A stretch of DNA of 64,000 nucleotides from an uncultured Desulfobacter sp. (GCA_963665095.1 OY762069.1:2528001-2592000), one strand, 5' to 3'; shown: positions 21,925-33,355, counted from the stretch's first letter. Made by a program: numbers and translations. The notes: a model not told the origin generated them from the letters alone.

Positions 21925-22446
21925 CTAGGTGGTTTCTTCAATGTCAACGGCGTCGGGATCTTTGATATCCACGCCCTTGATCAGTTTCAGGTAGTTGATC
22001 TGCAGCACCCGCAGGGTCATGAGCACAAACGAGATGGGCAGCACCATATAAAAATATTTCATGGGAATCCCCATGGTCTGGGATTTCCAGAAAAGGTTCA
22101 TCTTCACAAAGACAAACTTCCAGCTCAGATAGACAAAATAGCAGTTGAAAATCACCCAGATCAGGTCGGCCAGGGCCTCCAGGGCAATGCCCACTTTCTT
22201 GGGCAACAGTTTGAACTGAAAGGTGACCCGGTTGTGGGCCCCTAAACGGCAGGCAAAGCAGGCCCCGAAAAAGACAAACCAGACAAACAGGTAGGTGGCA
22301 AGTTCCTCCCCCCAGGAGATGGAGTAGGCAAAGAACTCTCTGAGCAGAATCTGAATAAACAAAAGGACCACGAAAAAGGCGAGCAGGGCCTGACACGCAT
22401 AATTTTCAAAATTATCGATCCACTTCAAAAGCAATTTTAGGTTCAT
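21925..22446 (-). CDS. dctQ: TRAP transporter small permease
   Basis: Four TM helices, WGEELATYLFVW; lies between dctP and dctM. Confidence 0.93.
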   Translation of the reverse strand: MNLKLLLKWIDNFENYACQALLAFFVVLLFIQILLREFFAYSISWGEELATYLFVWFVFFGACFACRLGAHNRVTFQFKLLPKKVGIALEALADLIWVIFNCYFVYLSWKFVFVKMNLFWKSQTMGIPMKYFYMVLPISFVLMTLRVLQINYLKLIKGVDIKDPDAVDIEETT

Positions 22447-22590
22447 GGGGCCTCTCTTTGGGTACAAAAAAACGGCATGCGGCAATGGTCTGCCTTTATG
22501 CCGTTTCTTGGGGTTGCCTTGCACCCCGGCAATGAAACGCCGGGGTGCAAGGTGATTACCAGGGATAAACTTTATGGGGTGCCACGGAAA

Positions 22591-23604
22591 TTACAGGGAG
22601 CGTCCCAGGCTTTTCAGGACTTTTTCCAGTTTTGCCTTGCCGCCGATGCTCTCATAGTATTTGGGCCATACCGCTTTGGTGGCCTTGTCCATCCACTCTT
22701 TTTCGCCGTCAGCCGGAGGGGTGATAACCATGCCCTTTTCCACCAGGACTTTTTTGATATTGGCTTCGGACTTTCTTAAGAACTCAGCACTGTGCAGGGT
22801 GGCTTTGTGGCCGGCAGAAAGGATGATCTTCTGCATTTCAGGGGTCTGTTTCTGGAACAATTCTTCGGAGATGATCAAGGGCTCCAGGGAGAAGATGTAC
22901 CGGATGGGGGTGATGTATTTCTGGATTTCATAAAATTTCATGGCATAGACGGTCATGTAGGGGTTGTCCTGACCATCCACCACTTTTTGCTGCAGTGCGG
23001 TAAAGGTCTCGGACCAGGCCATGGGCGTGGGGTTGATGCCCCAGGATTTGTAACAGTCGATCATGATGGCGTTTTTCGGTACACGAATGACCAGGCCTTT
23101 AAGGTCTTCCAGAGTTTTTACCGGGCGTTTGGAGTTGGTCAGAACACGGAAACCCGTATAGGTCCAGGCAATGATTCTGACACCGGCATCCCGGATGGTG
23201 TTTTCGGTCAGTTCTTTGCCCACCTCGCCCTGGGTCAGCTGAATGGCTTCGTCCAGGCTCTGGATCATATAAGGAAGGGAAAGCACACCCACCGTGGGGG
23301 AGAAAGGGGTGACATTATTAATGGCCAGAAGGGAGAAGTCCAGGGTTCCCATGGAGCAGTCATTTACTGTGTCCTGCTCGGAGCCGAGCTGGCCGTTGAG
23401 AAACAGGGAGGCTTTGTATTTTCCGCCGGTCTCTTTTTCAAGGACTTCGGCAAATTTAAGACCGGTCTGCTCCTGGGGGCTGCCGCCGGAGTCGCCCACA
23501 GCGATCTTCCAGGTTTTGGCAGAGGCCGGCAGGGTTAAGAAAACCACACATGAGAGGATCAGGGAAGCTGCAATACAGTTACGCCAAATACTTTTTTTCA
23601 TCAT
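22591..23604 (-). CDS. dctP: TRAP substrate-binding protein
   Basis: Signal peptide, GQLGSE, DLKGLVIRVP, ALQQKVVDGQDN. Confidence 0.95.
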   Translation of the reverse strand: MMKKSIWRNCIAASLILSCVVFLTLPASAKTWKIAVGDSGGSPQEQTGLKFAEVLEKETGGKYKASLFLNGQLGSEQDTVNDCSMGTLDFSLLAINNVTPFSPTVGVLSLPYMIQSLDEAIQLTQGEVGKELTENTIRDAGVRIIAWTYTGFRVLTNSKRPVKTLEDLKGLVIRVPKNAIMIDCYKSWGINPTPMAWSETFTALQQKVVDGQDNPYMTVYAMKFYEIQKYITPIRYIFSLEPLIISEELFQKQTPEMQKIILSAGHKATLHSAEFLRKSEANIKKVLVEKGMVITPPADGEKEWMDKATKAVWPKYYESIGGKAKLEKVLKSLGRSL

Positions 23605-23710
23605 TTCTCCTTTAAAGTTTAAAACTAACATGTCCGCAAACGGTTTATCTGCAGACGCCAATTTGTTTTCGGCTGTTTTAGCCATTGCTTACAAGTCAAT
23701 GCCTGTTTCA

Positions 23711-23725
23711 GCAAATTGCATACCA
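23711..23725 (-). promoter_or_regulatory. Probable sigma54 promoter of the TRAP operon
   Basis: Minus strand TGGTAT-GCAAT-TTGC. Confidence 0.7.
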
Positions 23726-23867
23726 TCTTTGTGGCAACAGGTGTCATATCGCCCTGCCCGTAAGCGCCCAACCCATGGAAAACCAGTATAGACCCACAGG
23801 AAGAAAAACAGTTTATACAAAAAATATATTTCTAAAATATTTTATTACAAATTCGAATTATTTTTTC

Positions 23868-23913
23868 ATGCAAATATGAATCAATCCAGCATGCCCTATG
23901 CAAATATGAATCA
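23868..23913. promoter_or_regulatory. Tandem 16-bp sites ATGCAAATATGAATCA (30-bp period), putative activator sites
   Basis: Exact copies at 23868 and 23898; related site ATGCATGGATGAATCA at 20541. Confidence 0.65.
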
Positions 23914-24035
23914 CCCGGCCCAGACCACCTGCCAAGTTGACAAAAGGGATTCCCCTGGAATATAAGGGGGTTCACTTAAATTTGGAAGTAACCGCATGAT
24001 TCAACCACCTATACATATTAGAGACGCTGCCAGTT

Positions 24036-25430
24036 ATGTTTACAATTAAGCCGGGGATTGAAAAAAGCCTTAAACCCGAAGATTTTGAGCTGATTTTTGA
24101 TGCCCTTCTCACCCACTCCAAAGATGGTCTTTTCGTGGTGGATCATACGGGCAAAGTGGTCATGGTGAACCGGGCCACGGAAAAGATGTTTGATTTTAAA
24201 ATCAATGATGTCCTGGGTAGAAATGTGCAGGATCTGGTGAAAGAAGGCTTTTACGAGCCATCGGTCTCTTTGCGGGTATTGCGCCAGAAAACGGTGCTCT
24301 CCCTGATCCAGACCACCCGCCGGGGTAAAAAAATTCTCTCCACAGGGGTGCCTATTTTTGACCAGACGGGGGAGATCCGTTTTGTGCTGGTCAATGACAG
24401 GGATGTCTCCCATATCAACCGGTTGGCCCACAGCCTATATCCCGAAGAGTTGCCCGAAGCCTCCCTTCGCATGGCCTTTTCCGATATTGATCTGGCCTCC
24501 ACTGAAATTGAGAAAATGGTGGTGAAAAGTCCTGCCATGATCCGGGTGATTCAAACTGTGATTCAGGCGGCCAAGTTTGATGTGCCCATGATTCTTACCG
24601 GGGATTCAGGTGTGGGAAAATCCATGATCGCAAGACTGATCCACCAGCTCTCCAGAAGACGGGACTATCCGTTTATTGATCTGAACTGCGCGGCCATCAC
24701 TCCGTCATTGATTGAATCCGAACTTTTCGGTCATGAAAGCGGGGCCTTTACCGGGGCCTCTGCCTCGGGTAAAAAGGGGCTTTTTGAAACCGCCCACAAC
24801 GGCACCCTCTTTCTGGATGAGATCGGAGAGATTCCTTTAACCATCCAGGTCAAGCTGTTAAAATTTCTGGAAACCATGGAACTGATCCGGGTGGGTGGAA
24901 CGCTTCCCATAAAAATCAACACCCGGGTGATTGTGGCCACCAACCAGAATCTTGAACAGATGGTGGAACAAGGCACCTTTCGAAGGGATCTCTACTTCAG
25001 GCTCAATGTGGTGCCCATCACCATCCCGGCCTTAGCCGAACGGCCCGAGGACATTATTCCTCTGGCCCACTCTTTTATTGACCGGTTCAACCGGGAGTCC
25101 GGCACCCATAAAACGCTTTCACCGGCCGTCTGCCAGCTGCTCCAGCAGCACCCCTTTCCCGGCAATGTCCGGGAGCTGGAAAATCTCATCCGCCGTCTGG
25201 TGGCCATGACACCTAAAAATCTGATTGACCTAAGCGACCTGCCGCCCATGCCCCACACCAAACCTGCGGCCGGAAGCGCTGCCGGACCAGTGTTTCAGGA
25301 TGAAGTGGCCGCCTTTGAATATGACCGTCTTTCCCGGGCCGTCCTTCATTACGGAAGCCAGAGAAAAGCTGCCAAGGCATTGGGTATCAGCCAGTCCACC
25401 CTGTCCCGCAAATTAAAAAAACCGTTATAA
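24036..25430 (+). CDS. PAS-domain sigma54-dependent activator
   Basis: PAS domain, GDSGVGKS, GAFTGA, FPGNVREL, C-terminal HTH. Confidence 0.96.
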   Translation: MFTIKPGIEKSLKPEDFELIFDALLTHSKDGLFVVDHTGKVVMVNRATEKMFDFKINDVLGRNVQDLVKEGFYEPSVSLRVLRQKTVLSLIQTTRRGKKILSTGVPIFDQTGEIRFVLVNDRDVSHINRLAHSLYPEELPEASLRMAFSDIDLASTEIEKMVVKSPAMIRVIQTVIQAAKFDVPMILTGDSGVGKSMIARLIHQLSRRRDYPFIDLNCAAITPSLIESELFGHESGAFTGASASGKKGLFETAHNGTLFLDEIGEIPLTIQVKLLKFLETMELIRVGGTLPIKINTRVIVATNQNLEQMVEQGTFRRDLYFRLNVVPITIPALAERPEDIIPLAHSFIDRFNRESGTHKTLSPAVCQLLQQHPFPGNVRELENLIRRLVAMTPKNLIDLSDLPPMPHTKPAAGSAAGPVFQDEVAAFEYDRLSRAVLHYGSQRKAAKALGISQSTLSRKLKKPL

Positions 25431-25516
25431 CGGCCACGGGCCGTCCTTGGTCTTTGACCTTGGTTCGAACCACAACAAAGTAAGAAAGTATTTCAGTAGC
25501 TTATTTAGAAAAAATA

Positions 25517-26311
25517 TCACCCTATCGCCTGGACGCCTGCAAAGGGAACACACGAGAACCGCTTAAACACAAGCGGTGTTGAAGAACACGCGGCAACAGA
25601 TACGATTTTTGAAGGGTCAGGCCGCCATTGAAAAAACTGCCACCCGGATTGGGTTTGGCAGCTCCTTTTAAAAGAGATCTGAATATCCGACGGCTGAAAA
25701 TGAAAGGAAAAACTGTCCAGGGGAATGGCCAAGCCCTTCCCCACCGCTTTGATATACGCCTCTTTTAAGGTCCAGATATCAAAAAAGCGCTTTTTTTTCT
25801 CCTCTCCTTCAGCCGTTTCCACACCCCCTGCTTCAAAGGAAGAAAAAAACCGCCGGGCAATGGAAAAGTTCACCTTTCTGTGGATATCCTCCACATCCAC
25901 CCCGACTTCACAGCACCGGGATATGGCGCAGGCCACCATGCCGTGGCTGTGGGAGAGATTAAAACAAAGATCATCCGATATCGAACTTTTGAATTCAGGG
26001 GAGAGGCCGGGCTTGCCATGGGCATTGACTGAAAACCGGATTGATTCCGGGGATTGACCGGTCATTTCAGAGAGCAGAAACCGAATCAAGGCCCGGGAAA
26101 CCAGACTGAGCCGCTGATCGGACGCCTGGCGGTAACGGTCTGCCTTTGCCAGCTCCTCATCAGAAAGAAAGCCCCGGTATTTTGCCATGAGGTCTGCCAC
26201 CGGATCTGAATCAGCCCGGGTATAAAAAAGATGAACCTCGTCCGGTCCCGGGGGCAAAGGAGCTGCCATGGTCCTGTCTGAGTTACTATGTGCCGTCTGG
26301 ATCTTGCTCAT
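25517..26311 (-). CDS. Sfp-type 4'-phosphopantetheinyl transferase
   Basis: GKP, FNLSHS, VGVDVE, WTLKEAYIKAVG. Confidence 0.93.
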   Translation of the reverse strand: MSKIQTAHSNSDRTMAAPLPPGPDEVHLFYTRADSDPVADLMAKYRGFLSDEELAKADRYRQASDQRLSLVSRALIRFLLSEMTGQSPESIRFSVNAHGKPGLSPEFKSSISDDLCFNLSHSHGMVACAISRCCEVGVDVEDIHRKVNFSIARRFFSSFEAGGVETAEGEEKKKRFFDIWTLKEAYIKAVGKGLAIPLDSFSFHFQPSDIQISFKRSCQTQSGWQFFQWRPDPSKIVSVAACSSTPLVFKRFSCVPFAGVQAIG

Positions 26312-26452
26312 GTCATGCCTCTCCCTTTTATCCGGGGATGATAGCACAACTGCCTGCCGGGGCCAAGCACAGGGGATGCCCCCTGGCAACCCTTTCCTAT
26401 CCAATTAAATTAGACGAGGTTTTAAATTCAACGCGGGCTTTAAATGATATCG

Positions 26453-28399
26453 CTAGTACTTAAACCTTCCCACAAGCGCCCCTAATTCTGAGGCCATCTG
26501 TTCTAACTGCCTTGCTTTGACAGCAACGTCATTGCTCTCTTCTGACATTTTGTCGGAGGTGGCGTTAAGGGATGCAATGTCGTTATTAATCTCCTCTATT
26601 CCGCTTACACCACTGGTCACATTCTGCGTTGCGTCCTCTATCCCGCGGGAGGTCTGGGAGACATTGGTGGAGATCTCAGATGTGGCAACAGACTGTTCCT
26701 GAATGGACTCTGCAATGGTTGAAATGATTTCATTGACATCTGTAATGACCCTGGAAATGGCCTCGATCTCATTGGCAGTGCCTGTGGTGGTATTCTGGAT
26801 ATCTGTAATTTTTTCCTTGATATCGTTGGTGGCTTTGGCCGTCTGAAGGGCCAGGTCCTTGATCTCCCCTGCCACCACGGCAAAGCCTTTGCCTGCATCG
26901 CCCGCCCTTGCGGCTTCAATGGTGGCGTTGAGAGCCAGAAGGTTCGTCTGCTCAGAGATGTCGGTGATGGCCTGGGTAAAGGCACCAATGGACTGGGCGG
27001 CCTTGCCTAACTCAGACACTTTGCTGGAGACAGTGGACGCCTGGTGAACCGCTTCACTGGAGATCTGTTTTGCCTTTTCTGAATTACCTGCGATCTCATT
27101 TATGGTTGCCGTCATCTGCTCGGTGGCAGCTGCCACCATGGTGGTGTTTTCCGATGTTTTTTCCATATTTCCGGTGATGGTCTGCATGCTGATGCTGACT
27201 TTCTCAGATGCCGTTGCCAGGGCCTGGGCCCGGTTGGACGACTCCCGGGCCTGGGTTGCAAGATCGCTGGAAATTGTTAAAAAGCCTGAAGACGCAGCGC
27301 CCACCTGATTTGCATCTTCAGCGATATTTTTGATGGTCTGTCTTAAACTCTCAAGAAAGGTATTAAACCATGAAGCCAGGTCTCCAAGCTCATCTTTGGA
27401 GGTTACCACAAGTTTTTTGGTCAGGTCCCCCTCAATGCTCTTAACCCCTGCCACCAGCCGGTGAATGGGCTTAATGACAAAAAAGGAGACAAGAATAATG
27501 ATGGCGATGCACAAAATAGTAGTAATAATAATACCAATAATGATCAGCATGTTACGTATCTTCAAGGCATCTTTAAACGCCTCTTTTTCCAGGACATTGG
27601 CAACCAGAATCCATTCGGTTTTCGGCACCTGTTTAAAGGCTGCAAGCTTTCTATCCCCTTTATATACATATGGCAGTATCCCATTTTTTTTGCTGATGAT
27701 TTCATTTCCAAAGCTAAGATCTCTGATATTAAGATCCATGATCAGTTTATTATCAGGATGAGCGATGATCAGGCCTTCCTGGTTGGTCATGAATACATAA
27801 CCGGTTTCGCCAACCTTAAGGCCGTTTAGCCAGTTATTGGTAAAAGAGTTCAAGTCAATAACGGCATAAAGGACACCGACTATACTATTTTGCTGTTTCA
27901 CCGGTGTTGCGATTACCAGAATCGGTTGTCCTGTGGTCTTGCTTACCAGGGGTTGCGAAATAAATGTCTCCCCCCTCATGGCAGCACTATGATATTGCCT
28001 GTCGCCCACATTCAGGCTGCCGATAAATTTGCTTTCACATGAGGCCTTTACCAGTCCTTTAGGATCGCTCAAACGGACACCGGAAAATATTTTGTTTTTA
28101 TCTACAAAATTTTTCAGCAGCCGGTTCACAGCCGTCTGGTGTTCCACAACGTCCGGCTCGGTCAGTGTGAGCGTCATGATGTCCAGTCCTGCCAGGGTTT
28201 CAACATCCAGTATGTTGCGGTTCAGCCACTCGGAAATCTGGGTTTCACCCGAATCCGCAGTGGCATGAAGACTTTGTAACGCATTCTTTTGAAGGATTTT
28301 TTTTGCGGTTAAATTGGCCATAAAAATAGCGGTGCCAAGGCCAAGAATAATACATCCGGCAAGGGGAAGCAGCAATTTTTGTGTTAATTTAAAATGCAT
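26453..28399 (-). CDS. Methyl-accepting chemotaxis protein (dCache-HAMP)
   Basis: Two TM helices, HAMP (DELGDLA), [17 protein letters not shown]. Confidence 0.96.
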   Translation of the reverse strand: MHFKLTQKLLLPLAGCIILGLGTAIFMANLTAKKILQKNALQSLHATADSGETQISEWLNRNILDVETLAGLDIMTLTLTEPDVVEHQTAVNRLLKNFVDKNKIFSGVRLSDPKGLVKASCESKFIGSLNVGDRQYHSAAMRGETFISQPLVSKTTGQPILVIATPVKQQNSIVGVLYAVIDLNSFTNNWLNGLKVGETGYVFMTNQEGLIIAHPDNKLIMDLNIRDLSFGNEIISKKNGILPYVYKGDRKLAAFKQVPKTEWILVANVLEKEAFKDALKIRNMLIIIGIIITTILCIAIIILVSFFVIKPIHRLVAGVKSIEGDLTKKLVVTSKDELGDLASWFNTFLESLRQTIKNIAEDANQVGAASSGFLTISSDLATQARESSNRAQALATASEKVSISMQTITGNMEKTSENTTMVAAATEQMTATINEIAGNSEKAKQISSEAVHQASTVSSKVSELGKAAQSIGAFTQAITDISEQTNLLALNATIEAARAGDAGKGFAVVAGEIKDLALQTAKATNDIKEKITDIQNTTTGTANEIEAISRVITDVNEIISTIAESIQEQSVATSEISTNVSQTSRGIEDATQNVTSGVSGIEEINNDIASLNATSDKMSEESNDVAVKARQLEQMASELGALVGRFKY

Positions 28400-28795
28400 T
28401 TTTCGTCCTTAACTAATTATTATGATTTTTGCTCGTGATATCCCAACCTGTCAGCCTGAAAGAATTAGGCATCTGTGCGTCTGTTCATTAAAAATCGGAT
28501 TTTCGTAACTTTTCGTTTTCGCTTTGCAATCAAATAAGACTGAACGGTTTTTAAAGGGAACGTAAGTTGATTTAGCCTTAAAAAAACTATTATAGCAACA
28601 CTTTTTTTACCCCGGAGCCATATAACATGCAACAAGAGTCAGACGCTTTGCAATAACGGCAGATCAAAAAGATCTGAGCTTAACTAAATTTTCCATGTGA
28701 TTCTCTGGCCAAAAGGCCCAGTGGGTTTACAAACCACTGCCCTGCCCTTATATTAACCCAGCATATAAATAATACCGTTATACAAGGAGCTTGAG

Positions 28796-29431
28796 GTGAA
28801 ACAGATCATCGTACTGGCCACGACCAACAAAAATAAAACAAAAGAGTTAAAGGAAATGCTTGAAGGCTTTCCCGTTGACATAAAAAATCTTTCCGACTTC
28901 GGCCCGATTCCGGAGGTGGTTGAAGATGGCGAAACCTTTGATGACAATGCCTATAAAAAGGCATCTTTCACGGCAAGAATGCTTGGATATCCGGCACTGG
29001 CAGATGATTCAGGGCTCTGTGTAGATGCGTTGAACGGGGCTCCGGGGGTTTACTCGGCCCGGTATGCCGGTGAACATGCCACAGACCAGGACAATGTGAA
29101 CAAGCTTTTGGACGCCTTGAAAAATGAAGAAAACCGCAAGGCGGCCTTTGAGTGCGTAATCTCCATTGCAGCGCCGACTGGGGCGGCCCTGACCTATGAA
29201 GGGCGGTGTGAAGGGGTTCTCACCCATGAACCTTGCGGAGAGAACGGGTTTGGATATGATCCGCTCTTTTTCTTCCCGGAATTCAACAAGACCTTTGCCC
29301 AGCTCTCCATGGATGAAAAGGCCAGGGTCAGCCACCGGGGCAAAGCTTTGCAGGAAGTGACCCAGGAGATGAATAAAATCCTTCAGTGGATTGAGATGCA
29401 GATGGAACGGTTTAACAATCAATCGGTCTGA
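28796..29431 (+). CDS. rdgB: XTP/dITP diphosphatase
   Basis: ATTNKNK, ADDSGL, PGVYSARY, GFGYDP, SHRG. Confidence 0.96.
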   Translation: MKQIIVLATTNKNKTKELKEMLEGFPVDIKNLSDFGPIPEVVEDGETFDDNAYKKASFTARMLGYPALADDSGLCVDALNGAPGVYSARYAGEHATDQDNVNKLLDALKNEENRKAAFECVISIAAPTGAALTYEGRCEGVLTHEPCGENGFGYDPLFFFPEFNKTFAQLSMDEKARVSHRGKALQEVTQEMNKILQWIEMQMERFNNQSV

Positions 29432-29555
29432 AATCAGGCGCCCCCTTAAGAATAATTGACCCCAATTTTTTATTTTATAGGGGGGATCGCGCATCTTAAT
29501 AAAGATGCATCACCAGACAAGTTTTTTCACAAATTTTTTTACGGAAAACGCCACA

Positions 29556-30149
29556 ATGGAAAATTTTAAAGATTTAGTAAAATCAAACCGTTCGTGCCGG
29601 CGGTTTGACAACTCGTTTTCATTGGATACCCGGACCCTGACGGGTCTTGTGGAACTGACCCGGTACACGGCTTCCGGCGCCAACAAACAGCCGTTGAAGT
29701 ACATTATTTCCAGTGATCGCGACACCAATGACAAAATATTCTCCTGCCTGACCTGGGCGGCCTATCTTAAAAACTGGAAAGGTCCTGAGCCCAAAGAGCA
29801 GCCCACCGGATACATTGTTATTTTAGGGGATACCTCCATCTCCGAAAACTTTTTCTGCGACCACGGCATTGTGGCCCAGACCATGCTGTTAGGTGCCCGG
29901 GCCCAGGGGCTTGCCGGCTGCATCTTTGCCGCCATCAACATCAAAAAGCTGAAAATCCTTTTAGATATTGACGACCACTTAGAGGTTAAGCTGGTAATCG
30001 CTTTGGGCAAGCCCGTGGAAGAGGCATGCATTGATGATCTGATTGATAATCTGGGGGACGGTGGTGATATCAAGTACTTCCGGGATGAAAACCAGGTGCA
30101 CCATGTGCCCAAACGCAAACTTGAGGATCTGATCCTCAAAACCTGGTAA
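29556..30149 (+). CDS. Nitroreductase family protein
   Basis: RSCRRF, ASGANKQP, DHGIVAQ, HHVPKR. Confidence 0.9.
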   Translation: MENFKDLVKSNRSCRRFDNSFSLDTRTLTGLVELTRYTASGANKQPLKYIISSDRDTNDKIFSCLTWAAYLKNWKGPEPKEQPTGYIVILGDTSISENFFCDHGIVAQTMLLGARAQGLAGCIFAAINIKKLKILLDIDDHLEVKLVIALGKPVEEACIDDLIDNLGDGGDIKYFRDENQVHHVPKRKLEDLILKTW

Positions 30150-30166
30150 ACAAAAAGGCCCTTTTT

Positions 30167-31930
30167 ATGAAGGTCCTGTTTATCAATCCAGCCTGCCTGG
30201 ATGCCAGAATCACCGACGATGATGCCCTTCAGGTTCCCATCGGGCTTTACTATCTTTGTACCCGGCTCCTGGACCAGGGGTTTGCCTCAGGCATTTTGAA
30301 TCTGGCCCCGGCAGGATTAAATTCCCCTGAAGCCCCAGGCAAAGGAGACCAGGGTGCTCTTGAGTTATTCACCCGGGCCATTGCCCAGGAAGAACCGGAC
30401 ATCATTGGATTTTCCGTAACCAACCCCAGCCGGATCAATGCCATGGCCTGTGCAGTCAAGGCCCGTGAGATGCTGCCCGATGCCCTGATTGTCTTTGGCG
30501 GCCCCTGTCCGACCTTCATGGCAGACCATCTGTTTGGGGCCTGCCCTGCCCTGGATGTCATTGTCAAAGGCGAAGGGGAAATCGCAACAACAGCCCTTAC
30601 GGCAAGTGTACAGGCCCTGAAACTTAAAAAAAATAAACGCCATTGCAACCGGGGGCTGGCTGTAGCGCTTACCCGATCCCTTGAACAAATCCCCGGACTT
30701 GTTTTCCAGATGGATGGAACGCTTTGCGACACCGGTCCTGGCAAACTGGTGCAGGATCTTGACACCCTTGTCCACCCCTCCCGGTATTTTGCCTTTCAGC
30801 ATCTGTCCATGTCCAGGGGGTGTCCAGGAAAATGCACCTTTTGCGGATCCCCCAGATTCTGGGGCACATCCCAAGTCCGCCGCCATTCGCCAGAATGGTT
30901 CTTTGATGAAATAAAGGCGCTGGTCCAAAAAGGCGTACGCCACTTTTTCATCAGTGACGACACCTTTACCATGGACAGTGAGGCGGTGTGTGACCTGTGC
31001 CAAAGAATCATCCGGGCAAAGCTTGATATCACCTGGAACGCCATCTCCCGGGTGGATTACCTAGAGGAGAAGATCCTTGGACTGATGCGAAAGGCAGGCT
31101 GCATCCAGATCAGTTTCGGGGTGGAATCAGGGGCTGAGCCCATCAAAAAGGTGCTGGGCAAACCCATTGACAACACGGTTTGTGCCCAAGCCTTTGATAA
31201 GGTAAAAAAATTCGGCATTCTTCCCCGGGCCTATTTTATTTACGGCTCCCCCGGTGAAACCGATGCCACCATCCAGGACAGCATTGACCTGATGCTGCGG
31301 TTAGGGCCTTTGAGCACGGTTTTTTACATGCTGACCACCTTCCCGGGAACAGGGCTCTACACCCGGGCATTAAACAGGGGATGGACTGATGACACCGTCT
31401 GGCACCGGGAAATTGAAGATCTGCCCTGGTGCACCCTGGACCCGCAGTTAAATTTTGCCCGGGTGAAAAAATGGGGAGAGCTTCTCAGACAGGCTTTTTT
31501 CACCAACATAGACACCTTTGCTGACCAGATAGACCTTCATCCGGACAAAGATCTTGCCCCTTTCCATGCCGACTTTTTATCAAGACTTGCCATGACCTTT
31601 TCCCACGGGGAATATGCCAGGGACGAACGGATCAGGAACTCGGAACAGATGGCGGTAAATCTATTTGAAAAGGCCTTAAAATTTTCGCCCTGTGCCAGGG
31701 CCTTCCAGGGTTTGGCCATGATCCGCCAGAAGCACAGGGATTTTTCCGGCGCCCTGACTCTACTTGAAGCAGGTCTGACCCACTTTCCCGACAACAAGGA
31801 CCTGTGTGTATGCAAGGGAGTCTGCCTGATGAACACGGGCAATTTTCACGCCGCTTCGACCTGCTTCGCCCCCTTTGCCAATGATCCGTCCCTGGCACAC
31901 TACATCACCATATGCCAACAGCAAAAATAA
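30167..31930 (+). CDS. B12-binding radical SAM protein with C-terminal TPR
   Basis: SRGCPGKCTFC, GEGE, GVESG. Confidence 0.92.
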   Translation: MKVLFINPACLDARITDDDALQVPIGLYYLCTRLLDQGFASGILNLAPAGLNSPEAPGKGDQGALELFTRAIAQEEPDIIGFSVTNPSRINAMACAVKAREMLPDALIVFGGPCPTFMADHLFGACPALDVIVKGEGEIATTALTASVQALKLKKNKRHCNRGLAVALTRSLEQIPGLVFQMDGTLCDTGPGKLVQDLDTLVHPSRYFAFQHLSMSRGCPGKCTFCGSPRFWGTSQVRRHSPEWFFDEIKALVQKGVRHFFISDDTFTMDSEAVCDLCQRIIRAKLDITWNAISRVDYLEEKILGLMRKAGCIQISFGVESGAEPIKKVLGKPIDNTVCAQAFDKVKKFGILPRAYFIYGSPGETDATIQDSIDLMLRLGPLSTVFYMLTTFPGTGLYTRALNRGWTDDTVWHREIEDLPWCTLDPQLNFARVKKWGELLRQAFFTNIDTFADQIDLHPDKDLAPFHADFLSRLAMTFSHGEYARDERIRNSEQMAVNLFEKALKFSPCARAFQGLAMIRQKHRDFSGALTLLEAGLTHFPDNKDLCVCKGVCLMNTGNFHAASTCFAPFANDPSLAHYITICQQQK

Positions 31931-31991
31931 ATGGGATCAGAGTAAAATTACATTGCGCGCAATTTAATTTTACTCTGACCCCATTTATTTT
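31924..31991. repeat. 68-bp near-perfect palindrome between convergent genes
   Basis: 27-bp arms with one mismatch around a self-complementary ATTGCGCGCAAT centre. Confidence 0.85.
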
Positions 31992-31993
31992 AA

Positions 31994-32974
31994 CTAATAC
32001 ACAATAACCGATTCCGTGAATAGATCTTCTGGGATGCTCAACCCCAATTTTTTAACTGTGGTCATATTGATCAGCAACTGAGGGGCCTCATCAACCAGCA
32101 CAGGGATCTCTTCTATTTTTTCACCCTGCTGATGCCGGTTTACGACTTCTGCGGCAAGTCTTCCTAATTTGTAATAACTTGGCAGCGTTCCTATTGTGAT
32201 ACCAGCCTCCACAAGTTTCCGGTTTGCACCAACACTGACAAGCCTGGCTTTAATCAACGCTTCAGCTATCAGTGATGCATTTGAAATCAGAAAGCCATCC
32301 TGGGGAAGGTAGACTGAGTCCACATCAAGGGACTGACTAATTAATTTTGACAAATTGGATTCAAGTGCAACAGCACTGGAAGCCGTGCGCAACGAGACAA
32401 CTTCAAACCCCATCTCTTTTCCAATCTCCATCAAACTTTCCTGGAAAACCTGTGACTGCGGTTCTATGGGGTTGAAAAAAATACCCATTTTCTTAATTTG
32501 ATGCGTTTTAAGCGCATTCAGAATCTGTAACCGTATTGATACGCCGCTGGCTGTCCCGGCAAGGTTACCGCCGGAGCCATCCATACTTTTGACGATCCCT
32601 GTTTTCACGGGATTTGCCGGAAGATTAAATATTTGCGGGATGTTAATGCGTTTTGTCTCCAGCCACTGTTTGACTTTTAAAGATACAGTGGTACCAAATG
32701 AGTATATATAATCATAATTCTCATACCGGATCTCTTTTCTGATCTGGTAAACCAGTTTGCCAATGTCCTGCTCACCATTAAAAATTTCATACTCAGCAGA
32801 ATATCCCAGCTCGTTTAATCCGTCTTTAAATCCTTTTTCCCCATCCGTTTCTCCCCGCCATAAAACAAGGGCAATTTTCAATGTTTTTGCATTGCCTGTG
32901 GGCAGATTAAAAACCATACCAGCCAAAATAAAAAAGAGACTGAATAAAAAAAATAATATTTTATCTGTTTTCAT
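31994..32974 (-). CDS. ABC-type substrate-binding protein
   Basis: Signal/anchor, FGTT, NPVKTGIV..GGNLAG, INMTTVKKLGLSIP. Confidence 0.85.
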   Translation of the reverse strand: MKTDKILFFLFSLFFILAGMVFNLPTGNAKTLKIALVLWRGETDGEKGFKDGLNELGYSAEYEIFNGEQDIGKLVYQIRKEIRYENYDYIYSFGTTVSLKVKQWLETKRINIPQIFNLPANPVKTGIVKSMDGSGGNLAGTASGVSIRLQILNALKTHQIKKMGIFFNPIEPQSQVFQESLMEIGKEMGFEVVSLRTASSAVALESNLSKLISQSLDVDSVYLPQDGFLISNASLIAEALIKARLVSVGANRKLVEAGITIGTLPSYYKLGRLAAEVVNRHQQGEKIEEIPVLVDEAPQLLINMTTVKKLGLSIPEDLFTESVIVY

Positions 32975-33355
32975 GTAACCTCCTTTTGAACAACTGCCCA
33001 TAGTCAGGTTGGCTGCAGGATAGACGTCTCAAGCATGTTTCATAAACGCCTGGCAGGGAATCGGATTTTGTCGGGATATTAAAACCATGGGGATCAACAA
33101 GTTGCTGCGGTATCGCAACAGTCAGACAGGAGGATTGCCCGCTCAGGGACGCCGTGAAAATACAATAGGACCACCCAACAATAAAACACCCTATGACGAA
33201 AAAATATTTTTTGTCAAGCAGATTTACCCGCCTCTCTGCTTATATCTCCAGGGATATGGTGCGGACAAAAGACATTGACGTATTGCACATCACTGATTAG
33301 TTTAGCTGGTTATGAACCTGAATCAATCAATAATGATATTACATACAAGAAACAT

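Noticed and set aside
25517..26311. Secondary-metabolite cluster implied by the Sfp-type PPTase
   Set aside because: No PKS, NRPS or carrier-protein genes are in the window.
28400..28795. c-di-GMP riboswitch in the long MCP leader (also considered 32975-33350)
   Set aside because: I could not match the GEMM two-hairpin consensus by eye; an Rfam/Infernal scan is needed.
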